DNA from: an uncultured Acidimicrobiales bacterium
GTDB lineage: Bacteria > Actinomycetota > Acidimicrobiia > Acidimicrobiales > SZUA-35
Reading direction: 5' to 3'
Length of the DNA stretch: 64,000 bases
Assembly (NCBI GenBank): GCA_937922785.1
Contig: CALAJQ010000016.1
Span: forward strand, 158,003 to 222,002
A program made the translations under genes and the position numbers. Shown in pieces: positions 36,387-45,289 of this stretch (its first letter is position 1; every line of letters starts with the position of its first letter). A model generated the notes under the pieces. It was not told the DNA's origin. It saw nothing but the letters and a program-made list of their open reading frames with translations, and ran no database searches.

Positions 36387-36737
36387 CTAAAGAGCGTCGA
36401 TGATCTTAGAGCGTTTCTGCTGATACTCGGCCTTGGTTATTAGACCGTCGGTGTAGAGGTCAGTCAGGCGCTCGAGTGCAGCTTTGGCATCAGTGGTACC
36501 TGATCCGCCCCGAGACTGGCCCGCCGGTCTCCCTGATGATGACCCGGCCCCCGGCGTGCCGCCACCGGTCCGGATTGCCTTCCCGCGGTACATCAGGACT
36601 CGTTCGTCCTTGGGGCGAGGAGAGCCTGGTGCACCAGAGGAGCGCCGTGGCGTCTCAGCGTTGCGGTCGGTGAGCTCCTGGCTGTCCAGGGAAGCTCGCG
36701 CTTTGCGAAGCAGGTCGAGTTTGTTTTCTGAAGGCAT
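36387..36737 (-). CDS. SHOCT domain protein with a Gly/Ser/Arg-rich disordered region
   Basis: The C-terminal LERLTDLYTDGLITKAEYQQKRSKIIDAL matches the SHOCT short C-terminal domain. 35 nt downstream of amt on the same strand. Confidence 0.7.
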   Translation of the reverse strand: MPSENKLDLLRKARASLDSQELTDRNAETPRRSSGAPGSPRPKDERVLMYRGKAIRTGGGTPGAGSSSGRPAGQSRGGSGTTDAKAALERLTDLYTDGLITKAEYQQKRSKIIDAL

Positions 36738-36772
36738 GGTTTAGGTTCCGATCCGGCTATTGCCGGGTTGTC

Positions 36773-38236
36773 CTAGTCGACGTAGGTAAGTTCTTCGAGG
36801 AAGTCATCAAACTCGTCGCGTTCATCGGTTTGTACATCGGTGTAGTCGACGTAGTCATCGTTGTATGCAGGCGTTGCGTGCTCGGCAATGTCGAGGCCGA
36901 GCATTTCTTCGGTTGCTGTCACTCGAAGAACTCCGAGGCTCTTCATGATCAGGAACAGTGTTCCTGTTGCAAGTGCCGAGAAGCCAAAGATCGCAACTGT
37001 GCCTGTGATCTGGTTGATCAGCAGACTGGGTGTTCCGCCGTAAAGGAGCCCTGCGGGACCGTCGCCGCCCAGCGTTGCGTTAGGTGTAGCGAAGATGCCA
37101 ACAGCAATCGTTCCCCAAACACCGCACATGAGGTGCACGGGAATAGCGCCCACTGGGTCATCGATTCGAACCCGGTCAAGAAGTAGCACACCGTTGGTTG
37201 CGATCACTCCGGCGACAAAGCCGACGATGATTGCCCCGAAGTAGGAGATGTTGGCAGCGCCAGCAGTTACACCAACCAAGCCGCCAAGTACACCGTTACC
37301 AATAAGGGTTACATCAGGAGTTTTAAGTGTGAGCCATGAAGCGACAGTAGCGCCTAGGCCGCCAGCACCCGCACCCAGTGCGGTCATTGCAATGACCCAG
37401 CCTACTGATAGGTCCGCAGCCAATACGGAGCCACCGTTAAATCCAAACCACCCGATGAGGAGAATGAACACTCCGAGGATCGCTAGTGGAATGTTGTGGC
37501 CCGGAATCGGTAGGGAGTTTCCGTCTGTGTCGAAGCGCCCGATTCGTGGCCCAAGAATGAGGGCACCCATGAGAGCAGCGGCGCCACCTGTGACGTGAAC
37601 CACGCTAGATCCAGCGAAATCGATGAAGCCTAGCTGAGTGAGCCAGCCGCCACCCCAAACCCAACTCACAACAATTGGGTAGACCAGGGCTGAAATGACG
37701 AAGGCGTAGATGAAGTAGGCCTTGAACTGAACTCGTTCGGCTACCGCACCCGACACAATGGTTGCTGCCGCTGCGGCGAAACCAAGGTTGAACACCAGGT
37801 GAGTTGCCATTGTCAGGTTTGGCGCTACCCCTGCCGCTTCGGTTGGACCGGCCCAGAGCCAGGTGAAACCTACATAGTCGCCACCGCTAAAGGCTATGTG
37901 ATAGCCAACTAGCGAGAAACCGGTTGCACCAACCACGAAGTCCAAGAGGTTCTTAAGCATCATGTGGGCTGCGTTCTTGGCCCGAGTCAGGCCCGCTTCA
38001 ACCATGGCAAAGCCAGCCTGCATGAAGATAACGAGCGCTGCACAGATCAACACGAAAGCGTTGTCGACGAGCACACCGGGCGCCGTTGGATCAACCGTTG
38101 CTGCAGCGACCGGGGACGATGAAGCTAGAAGGACAACTGCGGACATAGCGCCCGCATATGCGATTTTACGTTTCATTCTGACTGGCTTTCGTTGTGAGCG
38201 AGATTGTGTGAGATGGGTAGGGCTTAGAGAGGACAT
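36773..38236 (-). CDS. amt: ammonium transporter (Amt family)
   Basis: FVLICAALVIFMQAGFAMVEAG, the twin-His region and about 11 TM helices. ATG 38236..38234 shares one base with the cvnD stop (TGATG). An alternative start at 38176 (MKRKIAYAG..., signal-peptide-like) is possible. Confidence 0.92.
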   Translation of the reverse strand: MSSLSPTHLTQSRSQRKPVRMKRKIAYAGAMSAVVLLASSSPVAAATVDPTAPGVLVDNAFVLICAALVIFMQAGFAMVEAGLTRAKNAAHMMLKNLLDFVVGATGFSLVGYHIAFSGGDYVGFTWLWAGPTEAAGVAPNLTMATHLVFNLGFAAAAATIVSGAVAERVQFKAYFIYAFVISALVYPIVVSWVWGGGWLTQLGFIDFAGSSVVHVTGGAAALMGALILGPRIGRFDTDGNSLPIPGHNIPLAILGVFILLIGWFGFNGGSVLAADLSVGWVIAMTALGAGAGGLGATVASWLTLKTPDVTLIGNGVLGGLVGVTAGAANISYFGAIIVGFVAGVIATNGVLLLDRVRIDDPVGAIPVHLMCGVWGTIAVGIFATPNATLGGDGPAGLLYGGTPSLLINQITGTVAIFGFSALATGTLFLIMKSLGVLRVTATEEMLGLDIAEHATPAYNDDYVDYTDVQTDERDEFDDFLEELTYVD

Positions 38237-38808
38237 CAGGCTTGACCTGCGTCGGCCATCATTCGGTTCAAGATGACATCGAATAGGTTGAGCAACACAC
38301 CCTTGACCGATTGACGGTCACGGGCATCGCAATGGATGACCTTGACTTCGGGTCGCAGCTGCAACGCAGCCGCTACTTCTTCGGGACTGTGAGATGTCTG
38401 TCCATTGAACGTGTTGAGAGCAACAACAAACGGCAAGTTGCGGGCTTCGAAATAGTCGACGGCGAAGAAGCTGTCCTCGAGCCGGCGAGAGTCGACAAGG
38501 ACCACGGCGCCCAGAGCACCATTCACCAAGTCATCCCACATGAAACCGAACCGATCTTGGCCGGGAGTCCCGAACAGGTAGAGGACCAGGTTGTTCTCGA
38601 TGGTGATTCGACCGAAATCCATAGCCACAGTGGTCGTGGTTTTGGTTTGCACTTTGGACGTGTCATCGATGCCTACGCTTGCTGCAGTCATTGACGCTTC
38701 TGTGCGAAGAGGGTCGATTTCTGAAACTGACCCTACGAGCGTTGTCTTTCCGACGCCGAAACCTCCGGCGACTACGAACTTGGCGGAAATGGGATTGGGA
38801 CTACTCAT
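38236..38808 (-). CDS. cvnD: conservon GTPase-like protein (ATP/GTP-binding, CvnD family)
   Basis: KFVVAGGFGVGKTTLVG P-loop, LFGTPGQDRF switch II, about 190 aa. Start at ATG 38808 (ATGA overlap with the cvnC stop). The 61-aa extension of the track ORF is a shadow of cvnC. Confidence 0.85.
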   Translation of the reverse strand: MSSPNPISAKFVVAGGFGVGKTTLVGSVSEIDPLRTEASMTAASVGIDDTSKVQTKTTTTVAMDFGRITIENNLVLYLFGTPGQDRFGFMWDDLVNGALGAVVLVDSRRLEDSFFAVDYFEARNLPFVVALNTFNGQTSHSPEEVAAALQLRPEVKVIHCDARDRQSVKGVLLNLFDVILNRMMADAGQA

Positions 38809-39164
38809 AGCGCTCTCACTCCAGCGATAAGTCGCTGAATCATGTTCAGGTCTTGCAGTTGATGGGTATCGATTGTCTGATGGGTCTTGAGATGGCCAAG
38901 GGAGATCAGGTCTCCGACAAGAACCTTGGCGGTCCCAATTGGGATTCGGAGGTGGGCTGAAACCTCGGCGATAGAGATAGCAGAGGTACACAGTGTCATT
39001 ACGCGGCCGGCTTCGAACCGAAGCCTTGAAGTGTCGCTACCGGTCTGTTCAACCATTGTTTCCATGCGCAGATCGCCAACCGAACTTCGCGTCCGTCCAG
39101 CTGTTACTAGGAAGGGTCGGACAAAGTCGTCTTCGCTTTCCATGAACACCTCATCATCAGCCAT
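38805..39164 (-). CDS. cvnC: DUF742 protein (CvnC family)
   Basis: VRPFLVTAGRTR motif and an HTH-like SIAEVSAHLRIPIGTAKVLVGDL. Confidence 0.85.
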   Translation of the reverse strand: MADDEVFMESEDDFVRPFLVTAGRTRSSVGDLRMETMVEQTGSDTSRLRFEAGRVMTLCTSAISIAEVSAHLRIPIGTAKVLVGDLISLGHLKTHQTIDTHQLQDLNMIQRLIAGVRAL

Positions 39165-39177
39165 CGTGGATCTCCGA

Positions 39178-39594
39178 CTAAACGCTTAGCGTGTTCTTGA
39201 GTTGGCTGATTAGGTCTGGGGTTAGCACCCGGCCCGCTCGCTCTGCGAACAGTGTCATCTCATATGCGACGGCGCCAATGTCGGTGTCCTTGCGAGCAAG
39301 CACGCCGAGTACTGACCCGAAAGCAATGTTGGCAATGAGCAAGTAGCTACGATCCATTTCGATCACGATGCGCTGTACGCCGTCTTCGGCAAAGCATCGG
39401 GCTGCACCAAGGGTGAGGCTGGCCAAGCCTGATGCGATAGCACCAAATTGGTCAGCAGTTTCAGTGGGTAGGCCGGCGGAGGCCGCAAGCTTGATTCCGT
39501 CTGCAGACACTGCGATAGCGTCTTCGACGCCTGAAGTGGCGCTAACGAAGTTATTCAGGAGAAAGGCGAACTGGTCGCCCCCGGATTGGCTCAT
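39178..39594 (-). CDS. cvnB: Roadblock/LC7 domain protein (CvnB family)
   Basis: 138 aa. AVSADGIKLA...IVIEMDRSYLLIANI pattern of Roadblock/LC7/MglB. ATGA overlap with the cvnA stop. Confidence 0.85.
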   Translation of the reverse strand: MSQSGGDQFAFLLNNFVSATSGVEDAIAVSADGIKLAASAGLPTETADQFGAIASGLASLTLGAARCFAEDGVQRIVIEMDRSYLLIANIAFGSVLGVLARKDTDIGAVAYEMTLFAERAGRVLTPDLISQLKNTLSV

Positions 39595-42029
39595 TGTGCT
39601 CTTCTTTCTGGGTGTTGATCATCGGTGCTGTCTTGGAGTCCCTTGGAGACTCCGGTGCTGAATGCCGACATCAGTGACGAGAATTGGCTGGCCTGAGCTT
39701 CAGTGCTTTCAGGTTGGCCCACAGGTTGTGGTGCGGCACCTGTCGGTGGAGCCACTAAGCCACCGGGGTTCCTTACCGGCAGCTGATTTGCCGGTGCTCC
39801 GCCTCGGGTCGGTAGGGGAGAATTGCTAAGGGTTTTTCCTGCAACCCGCTGAGCTGGCATACGAACAGGTAACTGTTGTTCGGGAGCAGCCTGCACTGGT
39901 TGTGCTGGCATGCGCACAGGTAACTGTTGTGCCGGGAATGCCTGAACCGGCTGAGCCGCCACCGGGGTGTCCCAACCTTGAATTGGGGGAGAAGTCAGCT
40001 CCTCGAACTCGGAGTCAATGTCGTGTTGCTGTTCGAGAGGGCTTGTCGCTGGCGCCTCGTCGAAGTCATGCTGGGTGTAGTCAAAGATCTGCGGTTCGGG
40101 CTGGACCTGAACTGGAGCAGCTGGCTCTTGGCTAACGGGAGGTTGAGCTGCTGGTGGTTCCTGCGCAACTTCGAGTTCTTCAAAGCGGGGTTCGGCAGCG
40201 GCCGCGGGCTGCAAGGGTTGGTTTGCCTCGGAGTCGAGCACGAGAATTTCTTGCGGTATCTCGATTCGTGCAACGGTTCCTTGGCGAGCGCCTGGCACGA
40301 GCTTCACCTTGATTTCGTGTCGTTCAGCCAAGCGGCCAACAACGAAGAGACCCAGTCGACGAGTGGGAGCTTGGTCGAGGGGAGGAGGACTGCTGATGCG
40401 TAGGTTGTTTTCGACAATGTCATCGTCGTCGAGACCGATGCCTTGATCGGTAACGCTCAGCAAGTAAACGCCCTGACCCATCTCACCATTGATGTGAACT
40501 GGCAGAGACGGATCTGAATAGGCAAGCGCATTCTCGATGAGCTCAGCGAGGAGGTGCGTCACGTCGGCAACAACTGAACCCTGGATGAAAATGGGGTCGA
40601 GCCAGGCGACTTCGACTCGCTTGTAATCCTCAACTTCAGCAATTGAACCGCGAACTGCGTTCTCAACCGAGATTGGTTTACTCCACTGACGAGGTGCCTG
40701 CGTGCCGGCTAGAACCAAGAGGCTTTCTGCGTTTCGACGCATTCTGGTAACCAGCTGATCTAAGGCGAAGAGAGACTCCAAGGTGTCAGGGTTAGCCTCG
40801 TCCTGCTCCAGTTCGGTAACCATTCCCAGCATTCGCTGCAGTAGCCGCTGGTTCCGGCGACCGAGGTTAATGAACATGTCGCTGACGTTTCGGCGACTAA
40901 TGGCCTGTTCGGTTGCGAGTGTGTGAGCAGTTGTTTGCATCCGGTTAAACGCATGCACCAGGTCGCCAATTTCATCGGAGGACTCGGTTGGAATCTGAGG
41001 TGGATCTGGCAACAGCTCGGCGCTTGATGTGGTTCTCAGCTTCTTCACCAATGCTGGAAGCTGAACGTTGGCGATGTGGTCTGCGCGGTCCAAAAGGCTC
41101 GTTAGTGGGCTTGTGATCGATCGGTAGATCACGAAGACCAGGCCGCCCAGAACCACCGCTCCGATGATGCCGAGCAAGCTGTAAAGCTGTCGTTGAGCGG
41201 TGCTGGATCGGGTGCCGTCAGCGGCAGCCTCGGTCAGATCTTGGTCTAGCTGAGCCAGCGTGGCGGACAAGCTGTCTCTGTTGTTAGTCAGGGCAGAGGT
41301 CATTTCCTGGGGTTCAACTGAGAAGGAACCATTGCGGAGGTCACTCACTGCCTGGTTTTCCAGGCTCCGGACTGCTAGGGCACTTTCGTCTGCCCGGATG
41401 GCTTCTAGGAGGCTACGGTCAGACCCCGAAGCCAGCTGGATGGCTTGAGCCTGGGCACGGTCGGCAAGCGCAAAGCTTGTGACAACAGAAGCGGTGTTCG
41501 GGGTGATCTGCAATTCCTCGGCGAAGTAGTTAACCCAAGCTTGTTCTCTCGCTTCGAACGCTTCGGATGTGAGGGTGGAAACAATCCAGCTGTTTAGAAG
41601 ATCTGCATCGGCGATGTCTGCTGCCCCGCCCTGGTTCTGAGCGAGGAGGCTGCTGTTGGCTTCAGAATAGAACTGTGCGGCCTGCCATGGTTCGGTGGTG
41701 GCCCGAGCCTGGTTGACAGCACTGTTAGTAGCACCAAGTTGGTCGGCACTAATCGTGGAGGCGAGGACCTCTAGTGCGGCCAGCTTGGAGTCGGTGGTGC
41801 TCTGCATCTCACTGATTTCAGCGTCACTGCTGGATCCAATGCGGGCCAATCGTTCAATCGCTATAGCCGTGGTTGCTTCGTTAATAGCAACGGTCTGAGC
41901 AACTCGGGCTTCACTTAATGCAGCAGCGGTTGCGTCAACGCTTTGAGATCTAAACCCGAGCGTAGCTATGGCGCCCAATGCCATGAGGGGCACTGCCATA
42001 AGCACTAACAGTTTCGACTTGATGCTCAC
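39591..42029 (-). CDS. cvnA: conservon sensor histidine-kinase-like protein (CvnA family) with a P/Q-rich C-terminal tail
   Basis: N-terminal TM, long helical extracytoplasmic region (NIT-like, not verifiable by eye), second TM plus HAMP, HATPase region (ELIENAL, VTDQGIGLDD, RRLGLFVVGRLAERH). The tail carries a 16-aa tandem duplication (QQLPVRMPAQ x2). Confidence 0.85.
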   Translation of the reverse strand: MSIKSKLLVLMAVPLMALGAIATLGFRSQSVDATAAALSEARVAQTVAINEATTAIAIERLARIGSSSDAEISEMQSTTDSKLAALEVLASTISADQLGATNSAVNQARATTEPWQAAQFYSEANSSLLAQNQGGAADIADADLLNSWIVSTLTSEAFEAREQAWVNYFAEELQITPNTASVVTSFALADRAQAQAIQLASGSDRSLLEAIRADESALAVRSLENQAVSDLRNGSFSVEPQEMTSALTNNRDSLSATLAQLDQDLTEAAADGTRSSTAQRQLYSLLGIIGAVVLGGLVFVIYRSITSPLTSLLDRADHIANVQLPALVKKLRTTSSAELLPDPPQIPTESSDEIGDLVHAFNRMQTTAHTLATEQAISRRNVSDMFINLGRRNQRLLQRMLGMVTELEQDEANPDTLESLFALDQLVTRMRRNAESLLVLAGTQAPRQWSKPISVENAVRGSIAEVEDYKRVEVAWLDPIFIQGSVVADVTHLLAELIENALAYSDPSLPVHINGEMGQGVYLLSVTDQGIGLDDDDIVENNLRISSPPPLDQAPTRRLGLFVVGRLAERHEIKVKLVPGARQGTVARIEIPQEILVLDSEANQPLQPAAAAEPRFEELEVAQEPPAAQPPVSQEPAAPVQVQPEPQIFDYTQHDFDEAPATSPLEQQHDIDSEFEELTSPPIQGWDTPVAAQPVQAFPAQQLPVRMPAQPVQAAPEQQLPVRMPAQRVAGKTLSNSPLPTRGGAPANQLPVRNPGGLVAPPTGAAPQPVGQPESTEAQASQFSSLMSAFSTGVSKGLQDSTDDQHPERRAQ

Positions 42030-42116
42030 AATTCACCTTTTCCCGCAACGCTCAGTTGGGCTCTTCGCTCCCGCTGTCGCCACATAATGTTCGGCGCATT
42101 TAGGAAGAACGTTTAG

Positions 42117-43598
42117 ATGTTTCTATGTGACAATTCGGTTGCCGATTGTTGCTCACAGCTCAAGTGGCAGGTACTCGGCTCCGATACATCTCGCACAGGC
42201 GAAACAGGCCCCCGTACCAGGCCAGCAAGGCGAGCGATGACCGAACAACTCAGCTACAGAGGCCAGCGAGGAATGATGCGCCAGCTGAAGGCTGGACTAC
42301 CGCTTGAGGCAGGGTTCGGATCCGGACATGAGCCTGGCGAACTAAGAGGGATTGACCAGCTCAGATCGCTATTGGAAGTGGCTATCGCTGACGCGCTAGA
42401 CAGAGAACATACGGTTCTTGTTTTCCGAGTTCAGCACGAGTCTTTTGCGTCGTCAGACGACGTCGATTTCTTCCAATACCTCCCACTTCACCCAGCACTC
42501 AAGGAACGACTCGAAGCAGTTGCGGTTGACATCCAGGTAATCGGCTCGGCCGCAGGTGGGCTGATTGGCTTCATCCCAGACCTTCGTCGTAGAACCGACG
42601 GTGAGGATTTGTTGAATCTAATCACGGCGGAGTTAGCCAGGCCAATAACAATCGACGGATTACCTGTGTTGCTCGGAGCTCACACTGGCGGAGCGATACT
42701 AAGTAATGACAATACGACGGTCGACGATTTGTTCGAGGCCAGCAAACTGGCGCTATGTGAGGCGGACGCATCCAGAGTCGCCGTGATGTTCCACCCCTAC
42801 CAACGGGTTCGTGACACTCGAGCGTCGGACCTTGCCAGGGATTTCCGTACTGCCCTGATCAACCGAGACCTGACCGTCGCCTATCAACCGGTCGTCAATC
42901 TTCAATCGGGAGCAATCGCCGGGATCAAGGCTTATGTGGTTTGGGACCGCCAAGGAGCGCTTGTGCCGAGCAATGAGGTCGTGGAGATTGCTGAACGGTG
43001 GGCTCTGTCAGTTCCGGTTGGTCAACACGTTCTCGGCGAGAGTTTCGCTGCAGTTGCCGGTTGGGTGCGGGTGGGACTGATCGAGTCGACCACTCTGTGG
43101 TTGCAAGTTCACCCCAGAGAAGTCCTAAACCCCGGCTTTGCGCCGGGAGTTACTCAGGCAATCAAGTTCGATCCCCGCGTCCAGGTAGGCATAGAGCTGA
43201 CAGAGAATCCCAGCGAAAACCAGCCATACACCCACAGCACGATTAGGTCTCTCGTAGCCCAAGGTGCACGTGCGTCACTTGGCGACCTTGGTAAAGGTCC
43301 GCTCGACTTGGCCGAAGCTCAGCAAATGCCGTTTACAGCCGGCCGGGTGAACTCAACGCTTACCCGCCAGCTCGGTTCGAGTGGAGCAGCGCTGCCGATC
43401 CTGAAACTGTTGTTGGAATTAGCTCAGGTTCTGAGCTGGGAAACAACCGTTGAGGGAATCGACACTGCTGATCAGCTCGAGGCCGCCCTGGCAGCCGGAG
43501 CTTCATTTGGCCAGGGAAACTACTTCTCAAGTCCGCTTTTGGCTGGTGACATGATCCAGCTACTACAAGAGGCTAAATCCGGCCGGTCGCTGCTTTAG
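42117..43598 (+). CDS. EAL-domain protein with a degenerate signature (KAY for EAL); N-terminal region unclear
   Basis: TVAYQPVVNLQSGAIAGIKAYVVW aligns with the YQPIV...G.EALxRW motif. Later motifs are partly kept (ELTEN, EGID, GQGNYF) or lost (GDLGKG for DDFGTG). The true start may be downstream (e.g. MTEQLSY at 42237). Confidence 0.7.
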   Translation: MFLCDNSVADCCSQLKWQVLGSDTSRTGETGPRTRPARRAMTEQLSYRGQRGMMRQLKAGLPLEAGFGSGHEPGELRGIDQLRSLLEVAIADALDREHTVLVFRVQHESFASSDDVDFFQYLPLHPALKERLEAVAVDIQVIGSAAGGLIGFIPDLRRRTDGEDLLNLITAELARPITIDGLPVLLGAHTGGAILSNDNTTVDDLFEASKLALCEADASRVAVMFHPYQRVRDTRASDLARDFRTALINRDLTVAYQPVVNLQSGAIAGIKAYVVWDRQGALVPSNEVVEIAERWALSVPVGQHVLGESFAAVAGWVRVGLIESTTLWLQVHPREVLNPGFAPGVTQAIKFDPRVQVGIELTENPSENQPYTHSTIRSLVAQGARASLGDLGKGPLDLAEAQQMPFTAGRVNSTLTRQLGSSGAALPILKLLLELAQVLSWETTVEGIDTADQLEAALAAGASFGQGNYFSSPLLAGDMIQLLQEAKSGRSLL

Positions 43599-44077
43599 GC
43601 GTTCACGTAGGCTCGGCCAATAAAGAAGGCCATTGTGGCCGATAGCAGGCCGACGGCGAGCAGTACCGCAAGCCATCGGCTGCTTCGGCCGGTGTCTCCG
43701 CGGAAGAACCAGCCACCAACGGCGAACACGCCCAGCGGTACTAGTCCGCCGATGTAGTGGATATAGAGCTGAAATATTCCTTGCCCCTGATCGAGCAGCT
43801 TGATTCCGATTAGTACTTGGGCAGCTAAAACCAGCGCAGCCAAACCCATGGCCAGCTGGGTGCGGCTACCGATTGGCCGGTTGTTGATTGCGTCAACTAC
43901 GACCAGGCCGGTGGCCAAAGTTAACGATGCCAAAACGAGCGCACCGAGGAGTAAGTGAACCGACGTGGAGACGATCAGGTTGTCTAAGACACCGTCGCCT
44001 AGATCTGAAGCTTGTCCGAAAATCATTTGCTGCGATTCATTTGTTGGCTGACCCGTTCGGTGAGATTGCGCTGCCAC
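43595..44077 (-). CDS. small integral membrane protein (hypothetical)
   Basis: Four hydrophobic helices. No recognisable family. Confidence 0.5.
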   Translation of the reverse strand: MAAQSHRTGQPTNESQQMIFGQASDLGDGVLDNLIVSTSVHLLLGALVLASLTLATGLVVVDAINNRPIGSRTQLAMGLAALVLAAQVLIGIKLLDQGQGIFQLYIHYIGGLVPLGVFAVGGWFFRGDTGRSSRWLAVLLAVGLLSATMAFFIGRAYVNA

Positions 44078-44086
44078 AATAGCTAA

Positions 44087-44626
44087 GTGCAGAACATTAG
44101 ACCCGCTGGAAGTGGCGCCATGTCCGATTGTGGTGCCTTTTTAAGACCGCAGTTATCTCCATTTGCGGCGCTCACCTTTGCTGTTGCTGACGGAATTGAC
44201 CCGGCCGATTGGCCAACGGCTGACGGAAGTCGGGTTGCTGATAGCCAGCTGGGCCATGCGGCCGGTTGGGGGTGTGAAGTCAGAGCCGAACACATCATCC
44301 TGCTTGACCCACTTGGCGAAGGAATACTCAAGGCTGATCGGCCGGAGCTAAGCGAAGCGTGGGTGCACCAGGTTCGTTCCACCAACAGCGCAGCGGTATT
44401 CTTAGTGCCGGAGACAGTAGCTTCTGAACGAGCTGGCGACGCGCTCAAACAAACCAGCGAGTGGGCGATGGCGGCGCTAGCAGGCAACGATCTGGCTCTT
44501 CGAGCAGCAACAGTTCGCACGTCGATTGCTGACGGGGCGTTTGATCCACCCAAGGTCGGGCGTAACGATCCTTGCCATTGCGGGTCAGGCAAGAAGTTCA
44601 AGCATTGCCATGGCCGGAAGGTCTAG
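44087..44626 (+). CDS. SEC-C motif domain protein
   Basis: The C-terminal [19 protein letters not shown] is the SecA-type metal-binding SEC-C motif. The antisense ORF 44083..44601 is rejected. Confidence 0.75.
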   Translation: MQNIRPAGSGAMSDCGAFLRPQLSPFAALTFAVADGIDPADWPTADGSRVADSQLGHAAGWGCEVRAEHIILLDPLGEGILKADRPELSEAWVHQVRSTNSAAVFLVPETVASERAGDALKQTSEWAMAALAGNDLALRAATVRTSIADGAFDPPKVGRNDPCHCGSGKKFKHCHGRKV

Positions 44627-44642
44627 GTATTAGGTTGGTCAA

Positions 44643-45158
44643 ATGGCGTTAACAGCACTATTAGGTTCGGTACTCGGAGCACGAAGCGGTCGAAAGCTTG
44701 GTCGGCTCTTGGGTGGAAGTACAGGCGCAATGATTGGCGGAATGGCTGGCTCAATGTTCGGCGGCCGCAACCTATCTCGCATCAGCAAATTGCTTCCAGG
44801 CAGGGGCGACGACGACGGAGGAGACGATGTTGAGCCAATCAATGAGGACGAGGCTCGAGTAATCATCCGGGCGATGTGTAACTCGGCCAAAGCTGACGGT
44901 GTGATTGATGATGCCGAGATGGACTCAATCATGGGGCAACTCGAGGGGCTTGACGGAGACGATGAAGCGTTTTTCCGAGGCGAAATGAGGTCTCCCTTTG
45001 TCAGCGCTCAAGAGATCGCCGATGACACACCGGCAAACCTGAGCGTTGAGGTCTACGCAGTTTCGACGATGTCAATTAATGTCGATAACGAGGCTGAGGC
45101 CACTTACCTGCGAGAGCTCGCTGACGCGCTGGGTGTGGATCCGGAACAGTTCGTATAA
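44643..45158 (+). CDS. TerB-like (DUF533/YebE-type) protein
   Basis: Gly-rich N-terminus, acidic linker, then a TerB-fold pattern IIRAMCNSAKADGVIDDAEMDSIMGQL...YLRELADALGV. Confidence 0.7.
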   Translation: MALTALLGSVLGARSGRKLGRLLGGSTGAMIGGMAGSMFGGRNLSRISKLLPGRGDDDGGDDVEPINEDEARVIIRAMCNSAKADGVIDDAEMDSIMGQLEGLDGDDEAFFRGEMRSPFVSAQEIADDTPANLSVEVYAVSTMSINVDNEAEATYLRELADALGVDPEQFV

Positions 45159-45289
45159 CAATTCCGAATTACCATTTCTGACGCATCACCCAGGCAGAGG
45201 GTACTAATGGGCGGACCGTACTAATAGGTCCAAAAGTCGCGAAGATAATCCGCGTCGGAGTCAGATAATTCGGGCAGAATCGACGGTCG

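Noticed and set aside
38809-38991. 61-aa N-terminal extension of the CvnD ORF
   Set aside because: It overlaps cvnC in another frame. ATG 38808 gives an ATGA overlap and a protein starting just before the P-loop, as in the family.
39840-39960. ~48-nt tandem duplication (GCTGGCATRCGMACAGGTAACTGTTGT...) as a non-coding repeat
   Set aside because: It lies inside the cvnA reading frame and encodes a duplicated P/Q-rich peptide (QQLPVRMPAQ). It is a low-complexity tail expansion rather than a separate element.
44083-44601. 172-aa minus-strand ORF
   Set aside because: It is antisense to the ORF that ends in an unmistakable SEC-C zinc motif, and it has Ser/Ala/Pro-rich shadow-ORF composition.
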